DNA of 64,000 nt from Candidatus Bathyarchaeum tardum (GTDB taxonomy: Archaea > Thermoproteota > Bathyarchaeia > Bathyarchaeales > Bathyarchaeaceae): the NCBI GenBank assembly GCA_024650005.2, contig CP122380.1:608001-672000 (forward strand), given 5' to 3'. Shown piece by piece: positions 22,001 through 29,438 of the stretch. Position 1 is the first letter of the stretch; each line of letters starts with the position of its first letter. The notes beneath the pieces were generated by a model. It was not told the DNA's origin. It saw only the letters and a program-made list of their open reading frames with translations, and searched no databases. Position numbers and translations under genes: made by a program.

Positions 22001-22256
22001 TGAGCTCTTTTTTTGTTTTTGGTGAAGTGTCTCCTCCCATTAGGATTTTAATTTCTTTTAGTTGTTTGAGTGAGTTTATTATTTGAGCTAGCCCTTCAAT
22101 GTAAAAATATCCAACTGCTGTTTTCAGTCCTTTTGAGCCTTCAGCCATATTGATAAGCACGTCTTTTAAAGTCACTTTTTTTCCTGAGTGGACTCGTCTG
22201 TTGTCAATTATTGAGCCTTTATCCATTAGCTCTTTAAAGCTGAAGTCTTCGGACAT
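19032..22256 (-). CDS. PLD (HKD) nuclease fused to an SNF2-type helicase
   Basis: LHSKGY..IGSSNLT..G...N.ELN; VGLGKS, DEAH, LTATP, SEGFN and QRIGR motifs. Confidence 0.9.
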   Translation of the reverse strand: MSEDFSFKELMDKGSIIDNRRVHSGKKVTLKDVLINMAEGSKGLKTAVGYFYIEGLAQIINSLKQLKEIKILMGGDTSPKTKKELIRAFTKKFDEIEKNETTTAAVKLFHTLIKESKVLKARVYLGENGKLQRLHSKGYLFLRDVETDNPMDRYYACVIGSSNLTPSGLMGNTELNMMTTNQRSMSYLESWFDELWEHGTEEFEKLRVADALTKAIEESKFGAEIDEAYKYMEPKEFFKSLIKFLNADYLFEDWKKSGLFGFQVVDTNRCLRLFKENKYRSVFLTSSVGLGKSYVATKVAEIFMREGNRVLIIAPANLAKGDDQWPRYLKEFKLWGKVDLVSMGEFQKDPKEFFDKRVTNYATSGKIKLEKENKYGLIIVDEAHNFRNNDAYRTRNLKRLIDLNGDSKIMFLTATPINTSLNDLLSLIELFHRPGQNLVFDAMVRDLKKVIDLAMKKEFEELTNNEKEELAKRQEEVEKELFIKSTRETIKTNQDYIQQLKEFSGVDLTTIPDPEVIETEYTLHANYRPIVNNIVDFISSLSAAHLRMIDPEKGRRLGGFFKWLLYKRFESSITAYYLTLKRLAKRNQCIQDAIENRDVCCLDIEYEDDVEINFTFDFREKLEKVIEKIKKGKGQEQLKILDDLKSDTERINNEIEKLQPFVVSDLCFENDYKLDELYKIVKNNQSKKILLFTQYKDTLKAIEKFLKSRISNDVAKYVSSEVENKNRIIEKFNDKRSKLSLLCSTDALSEGFNISGADVVINFDIPYNPVRIIQRIGRATRLDNPKKIDVFNFKPDEDIDRELELVDRMDLRIKDIINFVGVEYRVWIDRENEIRTLLKERRLKDTRIYQEVMKSIRSDFTKGKFENLEVEIQYAKPTLAFLQKTIKKFGITREDVENQNLPFGNNYTTIKGKKGLIVYYNSNDVFNEEYLHKAKMEKITRTINFEKDLNNYLQEFDQYLETEKRKKLCLNFYNSQLDRKINNILDIIELKNLSQLYSNIDELIFTLNRTKESCGSTTARVIKELEKRIKKDEISDKLIKELNNKIKNSFTQKHVQEKLINETTRKFAIALLEE

Positions 22257-22421
22257 AGCTCACATTTATGTTTGATCATAAAATAAATCATTCGATGATA
22301 AAATTATGCTAGAGTACATCTAAAGAATAATTTCTAAACAAAAAATTCTATTTTCTAAAATCCTAATAAAATTTAGAAAAGGACTGTTGAACTTTTTTGG
22401 TATTCAGGGTGTCCTCAAAAG

Positions 22422-23627
22422 TTATCCTCGTGTGTTTTGGTTTTTATTTTCTAGCGGCAGCCCCATTGTGATTAGTATTTTTCTGAATTCTGGAGTAGGT
22501 ATCACGTCGGAACGGTCTTTTGCGATTTGTGCGAGGACGGGTAGCAGGGTTTCTATGTCTGGTTTTTCGGGTATTCCCCAGTTCATTCGACTGTCTGCTT
22601 TTACAGGATCCAACCCTGCTTGTGTTAGGACGGGTACAAAAATTTCTTTTTCTACAGTTCGTTTGATGAATCTTTGTAGGGCTAATACTTTTCTTTCTGC
22701 AATTTCAAGAGCTGCTCGTGCTGATGCTTCGGTGAATCCTGGTGTTGTGAATAGTTTAGGTAAGGGTGTTTGTCCGCCTAGGTAAACTTGGTTTAGTATG
22801 TGATCTATGTATGCTTCGTATCTTGCTCGGGGGTCAACTGATACTGTTTTGATGTCTGCTTCAGGCTTGTTATAAACGAATCTTGCGCCAGCTTTAGGTT
22901 TGTTTTTGATCATTTTTTGGTATTCTGCAAGTTTTTTGTCGCTTGCTCCTGCGAAAACCCATAGTTCATCAGGCCCTGCGTACTTCTCGAAAACTTCAGG
23001 CATCATTTTTTCTATTCGTGCTTTCATTTCTAGAAAGCTGATTCTTGTTTCTCCGCCTTCTAGTTTGAGTTCAGATAACAGGACTTGTAAAACTCCAGTT
23101 CCGAAGGCTGAGAAGTTTACTGGATTCCATCGGAAATGAATTATTTTTTCGGGTTTAAACTTCTTTTTCACTTCGCCATATGAGTAGTTGTATCCCGTAA
23201 CTTCTCCAAAGAAATCACGTTCAACCGCTTTGGATTCGTCAAAACCTGTTAGGGGTAGGACTTTTAGTATTTGCAGGTTTTCAGGGGTTGTTTTTAGCCA
23301 GAAACTGTTGCCTGCAGCCACTATTTCTCTTGCTCCGATTTGGAGTAAACTATCAAGGTTCACAGTTTCGCAGAATTTGTCGATTGCTTGTTTTGCTTCT
23401 GTTGCTTTTTCGTATTGTTCGTTTACTGTGGTGTAAAATCCCATTCCTACTGCTTGGTCTGCTAGGAAATCTACAAAGGCTTTGCAGCTGGGGTCTCTTG
23501 TGTATGCGGTTAATATGTTGTTGAATGTTACTGGTTTTGGTTCGCCGTATATTGTTCTGTGAGCTGGTAATAATGAGTTTGAGTTTCTGGATACGCCTTC
23601 ACGTATGCGCTGAATAAGTCCACTCAA
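22422..23627 (-). CDS. Portal protein
   Basis: GNSFW, PEKIIHFRWNP...FGTG and FTEASA motifs of HK97-like portals. Confidence 0.85.
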   Translation of the reverse strand: MSGLIQRIREGVSRNSNSLLPAHRTIYGEPKPVTFNNILTAYTRDPSCKAFVDFLADQAVGMGFYTTVNEQYEKATEAKQAIDKFCETVNLDSLLQIGAREIVAAGNSFWLKTTPENLQILKVLPLTGFDESKAVERDFFGEVTGYNYSYGEVKKKFKPEKIIHFRWNPVNFSAFGTGVLQVLLSELKLEGGETRISFLEMKARIEKMMPEVFEKYAGPDELWVFAGASDKKLAEYQKMIKNKPKAGARFVYNKPEADIKTVSVDPRARYEAYIDHILNQVYLGGQTPLPKLFTTPGFTEASARAALEIAERKVLALQRFIKRTVEKEIFVPVLTQAGLDPVKADSRMNWGIPEKPDIETLLPVLAQIAKDRSDVIPTPEFRKILITMGLPLENKNQNTRG

Positions 23628-23854
23628 AAGGTAGCCCTCATTGCTGTTTCATTTATGGGTTTGCTTTCTATTTGTGTGAGGTTTTCAACCCATTCTATGT
23701 CTTTTTTTGCTGATTCAATTTTCTTTTCTGCGTTTTTGCGGGAACGGTTTACTGTTGGGGGATCTCTGTTGAGTGCTCGTGCAATTGCATAGTCTGAGTT
23801 GCCTTTTGCTCGTAATTTTAGAATTTTTCGTTCAAAGTCTGTCAATAAGCCCAT
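23624..23854 (-). CDS. LuxR/sigma-4-like HTH regulator
   Basis: LTDFERKILKLRAKGNSDYAIARALNRDPPTV; overlaps the portal start. Confidence 0.8.
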   Translation of the reverse strand: MGLLTDFERKILKLRAKGNSDYAIARALNRDPPTVNRSRKNAEKKIESAKKDIEWVENLTQIESKPINETAMRATF

Positions 23855-23870
23855 TTTCTACAACAGGGTA

Positions 23871-23907
23871 TGATATGAGCTTATTTTTCTTAAATAAGCT
23901 ATTATCA
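23871..23907. promoter_or_regulatory. Inverted repeat in the divergent portal/capsid promoter
   Basis: TGATA-TG-AGCTTATTT-TTCTT-AAATAAGCT-AT-TATCA. Confidence 0.55.
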
Positions 23908-23966
23908 CGTTTAGGATAATAACAGCTTTTTGTTTTAACGCTTATTTTTGTTTTGGATTTGATTTC

Positions 23967-25253
23967 ATGCCCCGTCATGAAGATTTTGAAAAAATTTATC
24001 AAAGTTTTATTGAGCAATATGGACCTGAAGAGGGTGAAACGAAATATTTTGCTTGGCTAAACGAACGCAGCTATGACGACTCAAAGCCTATGCCTAAAAA
24101 AGAAAGCTTCTCGTGGGTTGGTGATATTCAAGCAAATCCAGCTGAGAAGAACTTGATTCGGGGTAAAGCTCTTCATCCTGTAAAGACTTTGCATCCTGAT
24201 GAGTGGCCGCAAGTTCGAGTTTATCTTGATGAAGAACTGGAAAAGTCTGCTGATACTCTAACAGGCGGAATTCTGCTTTTGGACCATGGTGTTGTTGTAG
24301 ATGGAAAGGTTTTGCAATCTGCCTATGAGGATGGCGCCATTGAATATGTTGCGCAAGTGGACGATCCACGGATTCTTGACTACATTGAAACTGGAGACAT
24401 CAAGCATTGCAGTGTTGAGTTTAATTGGAAGTCTCTTGAAAACGTCGAGGGTGGTGTCGCACCAAAGGGAATCGAATTTACCGGTCTTTCTCTGTTGAAA
24501 AATTTGGCTCCTGGAGATCCTATGACGACTGTTGAGGTTTGGGAAGGAATCATTCAAACTCTGAAAGAAGCTAAACTGAAAGAGAACAACAAACCAGAGA
24601 CTCCAACTTTAGAGGGCAGGATTACTTTTCTTGAAACTTCTCTGTCTTTGAAGGAACAACAGTTAACGAAGGAACAAATTACTGCGAAAATTGACGAGCT
24701 CAATCAGTCTAAACAGGTTTTAGATACTGAGTTGCAGCAGATTGCGGATAAAGAGCAGCCGAAACGTAATGAGATTTGGCAAAAGATTGACTTGCTTAAT
24801 GCAGAGCTCAGGGCTTATGAAGAGGCTTTGAGAACCTTATTGGCTAGTGAAATTGTTTCTCCTTCGGGAGATTCGACTGAAGAAAAGCCTACTGGTGAAG
24901 GGTTGCCGAATAGTCAAGAGTCCCAGGAACCTAAAACGCCTAAAGAACGGTTCATGAATCATTTTAGCATTAGTGAAGAATCGTTCCAGAAATTCTTTGA
25001 CCTTCTAGGAGAGGAAATGTTCAAGTTACTGCCTGAACCGGGAACCAAACGTCAAGAACAAACAGCAGAATCAAAGAAGGTCATAGGGGAAGCAATCATT
25101 TCTCCGAGTCCAGGACAAGAAGAGCCTTCTGACTTGATTAATAAGAAAGAAATTTTGTCTTTAATCCCCGGTATTCAAGTCACTAGATCATGGAGTTGGG
25201 GTCCTCAAAGGCTCGTGAATGAAATAATGCACAAGTTAGGGGAGGTGCAATAG
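23967..25253 (+). CDS. Prohead protease fused to a coiled-coil scaffold
   Basis: ELEKSA.TL.G..LLLDH, HCSVEF, GLSLL..PGDP pattern; C-terminal coiled coil; lies upstream of the MCP. Confidence 0.75.
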   Translation: MPRHEDFEKIYQSFIEQYGPEEGETKYFAWLNERSYDDSKPMPKKESFSWVGDIQANPAEKNLIRGKALHPVKTLHPDEWPQVRVYLDEELEKSADTLTGGILLLDHGVVVDGKVLQSAYEDGAIEYVAQVDDPRILDYIETGDIKHCSVEFNWKSLENVEGGVAPKGIEFTGLSLLKNLAPGDPMTTVEVWEGIIQTLKEAKLKENNKPETPTLEGRITFLETSLSLKEQQLTKEQITAKIDELNQSKQVLDTELQQIADKEQPKRNEIWQKIDLLNAELRAYEEALRTLLASEIVSPSGDSTEEKPTGEGLPNSQESQEPKTPKERFMNHFSISEESFQKFFDLLGEEMFKLLPEPGTKRQEQTAESKKVIGEAIISPSPGQEEPSDLINKKEILSLIPGIQVTRSWSWGPQRLVNEIMHKLGEVQ

Positions 25254-25256
25254 CCT

Positions 25257-25487
25257 ATGGAAAAATCTAAGATTCGAAGTATTTTGGTTCCTTTCTGTCC
25301 GCCTTTGTCTCCAGTTCAAGTTAACGAGATTGTTTCTGCGATTGATGCTGTAGTAAATGCGACTATTGCTGAAATAACTGCAAAGATTCAAGCTGAAGCC
25401 GAAGAACCAAAAGAAGAACCTGAACCGCCTGAGATTCCTAAAGCTGATTCTAAATCAGAAAAGAAGCCTACTCAGAAAAAATCATAG
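25257..25487 (+). CDS. Small viral hypothetical protein
   Basis: GGAGGTG RBS; located in the head operon. Confidence 0.6.
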   Translation: MEKSKIRSILVPFCPPLSPVQVNEIVSAIDAVVNATIAEITAKIQAEAEEPKEEPEPPEIPKADSKSEKKPTQKKS

Positions 25488-25554
25488 TCACTTTTGACCG
25501 GGAGTAAGGAGGACGAACTCTCTGAAACCGAATGTAAAAAATGGAGAGATGTAG

Positions 25555-25974
25555 ATGACTGATCTTTGGCCTGATGCAGAATTAGGCGAAATGATATCCG
25601 ACGGGGAAGTCCTCAGTTTTGAAGCTGAAGCCCCAATAACCAAAGGGTCACCTGTTTACATTACAGCAGACATGAAAGTTTCGCCCAGTCCAGGAGGAGA
25701 TAATGCAATTGGTGTTGCATTGAATTCACCTGTTGCTGGAGAGGAATGTTCGGTCTGCAAACGCGGAGTAGTAAAAGTAACTGCCAGTGGTGCTATTGCT
25801 AGGGGCTCTGCTGTTTGTTCAGCTGCTGGAGGAAAAGTGGCTCAACTTGTTGATCAAGCAGTAGACGAAGGCGGAAGTGCAACATACACAATCTATTACA
25901 ATCGCAAACTAGGCTCAGCACTGCAAGCACCAACAACTGACGAAGACGAGTTTCTCATCCACGTGGAGAAGTGA
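25555..25974 (+). CDS. Capsid decoration/cement protein (DUF2190-like)
   Basis: AEAPITKGSPV, AIGVA, GVVKVTASGAI..G..V pattern; immediately upstream of the MCP. Confidence 0.75.
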   Translation: MTDLWPDAELGEMISDGEVLSFEAEAPITKGSPVYITADMKVSPSPGGDNAIGVALNSPVAGEECSVCKRGVVKVTASGAIARGSAVCSAAGGKVAQLVDQAVDEGGSATYTIYYNRKLGSALQAPTTDEDEFLIHVEK

Positions 25975-26918
25975 TCGATGTGCCAATAGAGTATCCAATT
26001 CCTAAACTTTTCGAAGCCATCCAGAAAGACAATGACATTAAACAAGACCTTCCGGGTATTTTTGAACGTTCAAAAAGTAACCCCATGATTAATGCTGTAA
26101 TGCGAGAAGCAATTCTTAGTGACGTTTCCGGTGCCCTTGGAAAACTACATGACAGTGTTGTTGAAGCCGCTAAACCTGCCTTGATTGGAAGAGAACTGAT
26201 TTGGGTGATGCCCACAAGCGAGAGTATGGTCAGGTTCCCTAAAGCCAAGGTAGGTAAAGCCAAGAGAACTGCTGAACTTGCCCAAACATGGATTTATGGG
26301 GAAAAATACTCGACTATTGACGTGAAAACTAACATTGAAATCAGAGCTGGTGCTGAATATTCAAAGAAGTTCTTTGAAGATGCCACTTGGCCTGTTATGG
26401 AACGTCAAGCTGCTGAAGTTGGGCGTTCAATTGCAGAACTTGAGACTGAACGGATTCTAGCCCTTTATGAAAGTATTCCTGCTTCTGATCTTGCAGGAGG
26501 CGCAGTACTAAATGGTAGCGGCACCCTTGATTGGGCGGGTGTAGTTAGTTTCTGGAATCAGCTAAAAAAGGAAAACCTCAGTGCAAAAGTGCTAGCGATT
26601 AATCCTAACCAAGCTGCTGATCTTTGGCAAGACGAGAAATTTATTCATAGTTTCTATTTTGGAGACAAAGTGGATGTTGCTCGTGGTATCCTAGGTCAGA
26701 GTTACTTGGGAATGAAAGTTGCTGTTAGTACCAAGGTAGCTGATGGAACAGTTTTTGCGATTGATACTGACGTAGCAGGAGTCATGCCGTTGCGCAGAGA
26801 CGTAATGACTGAGCCCTTCGAGAATCCTCGTGATGACCGTTACGGTATTGTTGGTAGTGAACGTTTAGGTCTTGGAGTCCTTAAAACCGAGGCAGTAGCA
26901 AGAGGAACCGGATGGTAA
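25971..26918 (+). CDS. Major capsid protein (HK97 fold)
   Basis: Size and position; E-loop AE motif, INP..ADL, YLGMKV and terminal ER.G.GVLK.EAV. Confidence 0.85.
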   Translation: MIDVPIEYPIPKLFEAIQKDNDIKQDLPGIFERSKSNPMINAVMREAILSDVSGALGKLHDSVVEAAKPALIGRELIWVMPTSESMVRFPKAKVGKAKRTAELAQTWIYGEKYSTIDVKTNIEIRAGAEYSKKFFEDATWPVMERQAAEVGRSIAELETERILALYESIPASDLAGGAVLNGSGTLDWAGVVSFWNQLKKENLSAKVLAINPNQAADLWQDEKFIHSFYFGDKVDVARGILGQSYLGMKVAVSTKVADGTVFAIDTDVAGVMPLRRDVMTEPFENPRDDRYGIVGSERLGLGVLKTEAVARGTGW

Positions 26919-26940
26919 ACATCCTACTGTTGTTCAATGC

Positions 26941-26969
26941 TCCATTTTCTCTCTTTTTTCTTGTTTTTC
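26941..26969 (+). terminator. Oligo-pyrimidine tract after the MCP gene
   Basis: tccattttctctcttttttcttgtttttc, typical of archaeal terminators. Confidence 0.45.
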
Positions 26970-26983
26970 GGATGTGAACAGAA

Positions 26984-27235
26984 ATGGTTGCCAAAATAGG
27001 ATTTGTACAAGGCAAGTGTGGCGCTTGTGGGAAGACTCTTTGTAGACATCGTCCTGCAGATTTAGCGGTTTGTGATTGTTACGAATATTGCCCTGTTTGT
27101 GGAACTAAAATGATTCCTTATTGGCCTGATTTAGCCCCTGGACAGTATAGGGCAGGTGACATTGACGTTTTGTATCAATGCCCAAATTGTGGTCATAAGA
27201 GTAGACAAAAACCAGTGGAAGTCAAATTGTCATGA
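26984..27235 (+). CDS. Zn-finger protein (multiple CxxC)
   Basis: CGAC, CDC, CPVC and CPNC. Confidence 0.75.
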   Translation: MVAKIGFVQGKCGACGKTLCRHRPADLAVCDCYEYCPVCGTKMIPYWPDLAPGQYRAGDIDVLYQCPNCGHKSRQKPVEVKLS

Positions 27236-27474
27236 AAGATCGAGAGCGTGAAATTCTCCGCAAAATTATCTTGGAATTCCTTACTAAAAAACGCGTACAT
27301 TATTCAGAATTAGAAAAGAAAGTGTGTGCTACATTTCACTCATTTGCTACAACCAGCACTTTCAGATCGCAGTATCAGTATTTACTCACTAACAATTACA
27401 TTGAGCGAATAGCCCGAGGAATTTATCAAATAAGCCCCAAAGGCAAGAAACTCCTAGAGCTATTAACAGCCTAA
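27232..27474 (+). CDS. Small wHTH protein
   Basis: YSELEK..YL..NYIERIARGIYQISPKG. Confidence 0.7.
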   Translation: MKDREREILRKIILEFLTKKRVHYSELEKKVCATFHSFATTSTFRSQYQYLLTNNYIERIARGIYQISPKGKKLLELLTA

Positions 27475-27507
27475 CACATTGAAAAGATGGTCCTCTAGGA
27501 AATTACG

Positions 27508-28641
27508 TTAGAGATCACTGATAGAATTTGCTTTGATGAATTTTTCCAAAGTAGTGTATTTATGTCCTAAAGGTGCAACTTTTTTATTTATCAAAGGAAT
27601 CGGATCTTCAAGCTTATACAATGAATTAGGTTTAAGATGAATCACCTGTTTTCCGGCCTTGAATGTGTCAAGGTCTTCTTTTGATATTTTTTTAATATCC
27701 TCTTTTGATTTTAAAGGTTGAGTTATTGTTTCGATTTCTGCAAAGTACATAACTGATGATTTAGGTCTCCCAATGTATAGCGCGAAATATTTCGGGGCTC
27801 TGTTTTTTCCGAGTTTAATGAAACCCCATGCATTATATTTTTCAAGGAATTCGATTCCTTCAACTCGACTGGTACATAGGAGTACAACAGCAGATTCTTT
27901 GTTTGATAGCATGTTCCTAGAAATTGTACTTACTTTTGACACCTGTCCAACTTGTTCTTTCTCAAAACTTACTGGCGCGTCAGCCTGATCCTCAAACAAT
28001 TTAACTGTTTGTTTGCCAAGTTGGGCGGAAACAATCCTAATTCTATTTTCTAATCCGGGTCCAGTAAATTCAATTAATACTTTCTGAAATTCTTCTGCTA
28101 GTTCATTTTGTTTGCGTTTCAAATTACTGATGACTTTCTTAGTAGTAACAAATCGATTTGCAGTTTTTTCGATCTCACCTGTTAATATCGATTCTCTAGA
28201 AAGAATTCTTAACTCATTTTCTCCTGAAGGTAGTTCCTGAAGGTTAATTTCTATTACAAGGCATTCTGTTTCATTCTTTCCTGCTTTTGTGTCAAACACT
28301 TTTATTCTCTTCCCATTTGTAAGAACAACCCATTTAACGTCCTCGACTTTTCCGTAACTAATAATTTGAGAACAGAAATCATCGATTAGACTTTCATCAA
28401 AAGCTTTAGCTTCAACAAAAACTACAGGTTTATCTTCTAACATTAATGCATAATCTACGTAAGCTGTTCGTGTCCCTATTCTGACAGGATATTCTAATCT
28501 AATTTCATTGCTACGCAAATCCCATCCGAGAGATTCTAATAGAGGCTCAATAACCCGTTTCTTAGTGTTTGCTTCACTTCCGGTTAAATCAGTTTTTGAA
28601 AAATCAGTGATATAATGCAATAAATTCTGAAAGGAAGTCAT
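27508..28641 (-). CDS. HsdR_N-type PD-(D/E)xK endonuclease with a C-terminal PUA/EVE-like domain (moron)
   Basis: EANTK..IEPLL..LGW, EY, VDYAL, FVEAK, Q..SY and LTNG motifs; C-terminal YFALY..P.S.V.YFAEI. Confidence 0.8.
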   Translation of the reverse strand: MTSFQNLLHYITDFSKTDLTGSEANTKKRVIEPLLESLGWDLRSNEIRLEYPVRIGTRTAYVDYALMLEDKPVVFVEAKAFDESLIDDFCSQIISYGKVEDVKWVVLTNGKRIKVFDTKAGKNETECLVIEINLQELPSGENELRILSRESILTGEIEKTANRFVTTKKVISNLKRKQNELAEEFQKVLIEFTGPGLENRIRIVSAQLGKQTVKLFEDQADAPVSFEKEQVGQVSKVSTISRNMLSNKESAVVLLCTSRVEGIEFLEKYNAWGFIKLGKNRAPKYFALYIGRPKSSVMYFAEIETITQPLKSKEDIKKISKEDLDTFKAGKQVIHLKPNSLYKLEDPIPLINKKVAPLGHKYTTLEKFIKANSISDL

Positions 28642-28848
28642 TTTTAGTCATGCAGGAATTGTCATAATTAAGATAAAAGACTTTTTCAAGTAGCAGATTA
28701 AACAAGTCTTCTAGCTAGTTTGTCTAACCTGATAGAAATTTTGATCAATAATAAAGTGCTTTTTTACCAATTAATTTCTAACAGGTTCTTTTTTAAGGGT
28801 TTTTTTTCCCAAAATAGCTTAAATTTTGCTTATTTCACGATTTAAAGT

Positions 28849-29061
28849 ATGGAAAGCGCTTTAATTGTTGCTTTAGTATCGGCTGTCTTGGCTATTGTTT
28901 CTGTGTGTTTTGGAACGAAATATCGGAAATTGTTAGCTAAAGCTAGGCTCTTCACTAATCTTCTTAATAAAATCATTTCTGCTGTTGAAGATGACAACAT
29001 CTCAGGAGAGGAATTACAGCAGCTCATTACAACATCAAAAGAGTTGATGGAATCCAACTAG
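28849..29061 (+). CDS. Small single-TM protein (holin-like)
   Basis: N-terminal TM; D..IS.EE motif; heads the neck operon. Confidence 0.5.
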   Translation: MESALIVALVSAVLAIVSVCFGTKYRKLLAKARLFTNLLNKIISAVEDDNISGEELQQLITTSKELMESN

Positions 29062-29075
29062 TAGGTGAGTGATGC

Positions 29076-29438
29076 TTGGCTTCTGTGACTGCTGACCGTG
29101 TAAGAGATCGGGTTAACTTGTCTGCTTCGGATATTCCTGATGCTAAGGTTTTAGAGTTTATTGCAGATGCTGAAGTCGAGGTAGAACTAGAAACTGACTT
29201 GGAAATTGATTACTCAAACTGTACTCCTGGACAAGCAGCTTGCATTACGGACCTTGCAGCACTTTATTGTCTTGCTTACATCACTGGGGGTTCGGCTTCT
29301 GGTACTAGTTTTAGTATTGGAGATTTGAGTGTCAAAGAAGTTTCTGGAGGTAATGAAGGACATTCTCCTGCTTTCTTGCATCAACGTGTTTTGAAACTGC
29401 TTGACAAATTGAAGGGCAGTTCTTTGAAGGTGTCCTAA
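29076..29438 (+). CDS. Head-tail adaptor (HK97 gp6/SPP1 gp15-like)
   Basis: VT..RVR, I.D..V..FI.DA and SFSIGDLSV pattern; position after the MCP. Confidence 0.7.
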   Translation: MASVTADRVRDRVNLSASDIPDAKVLEFIADAEVEVELETDLEIDYSNCTPGQAACITDLAALYCLAYITGGSASGTSFSIGDLSVKEVSGGNEGHSPAFLHQRVLKLLDKLKGSSLKVS

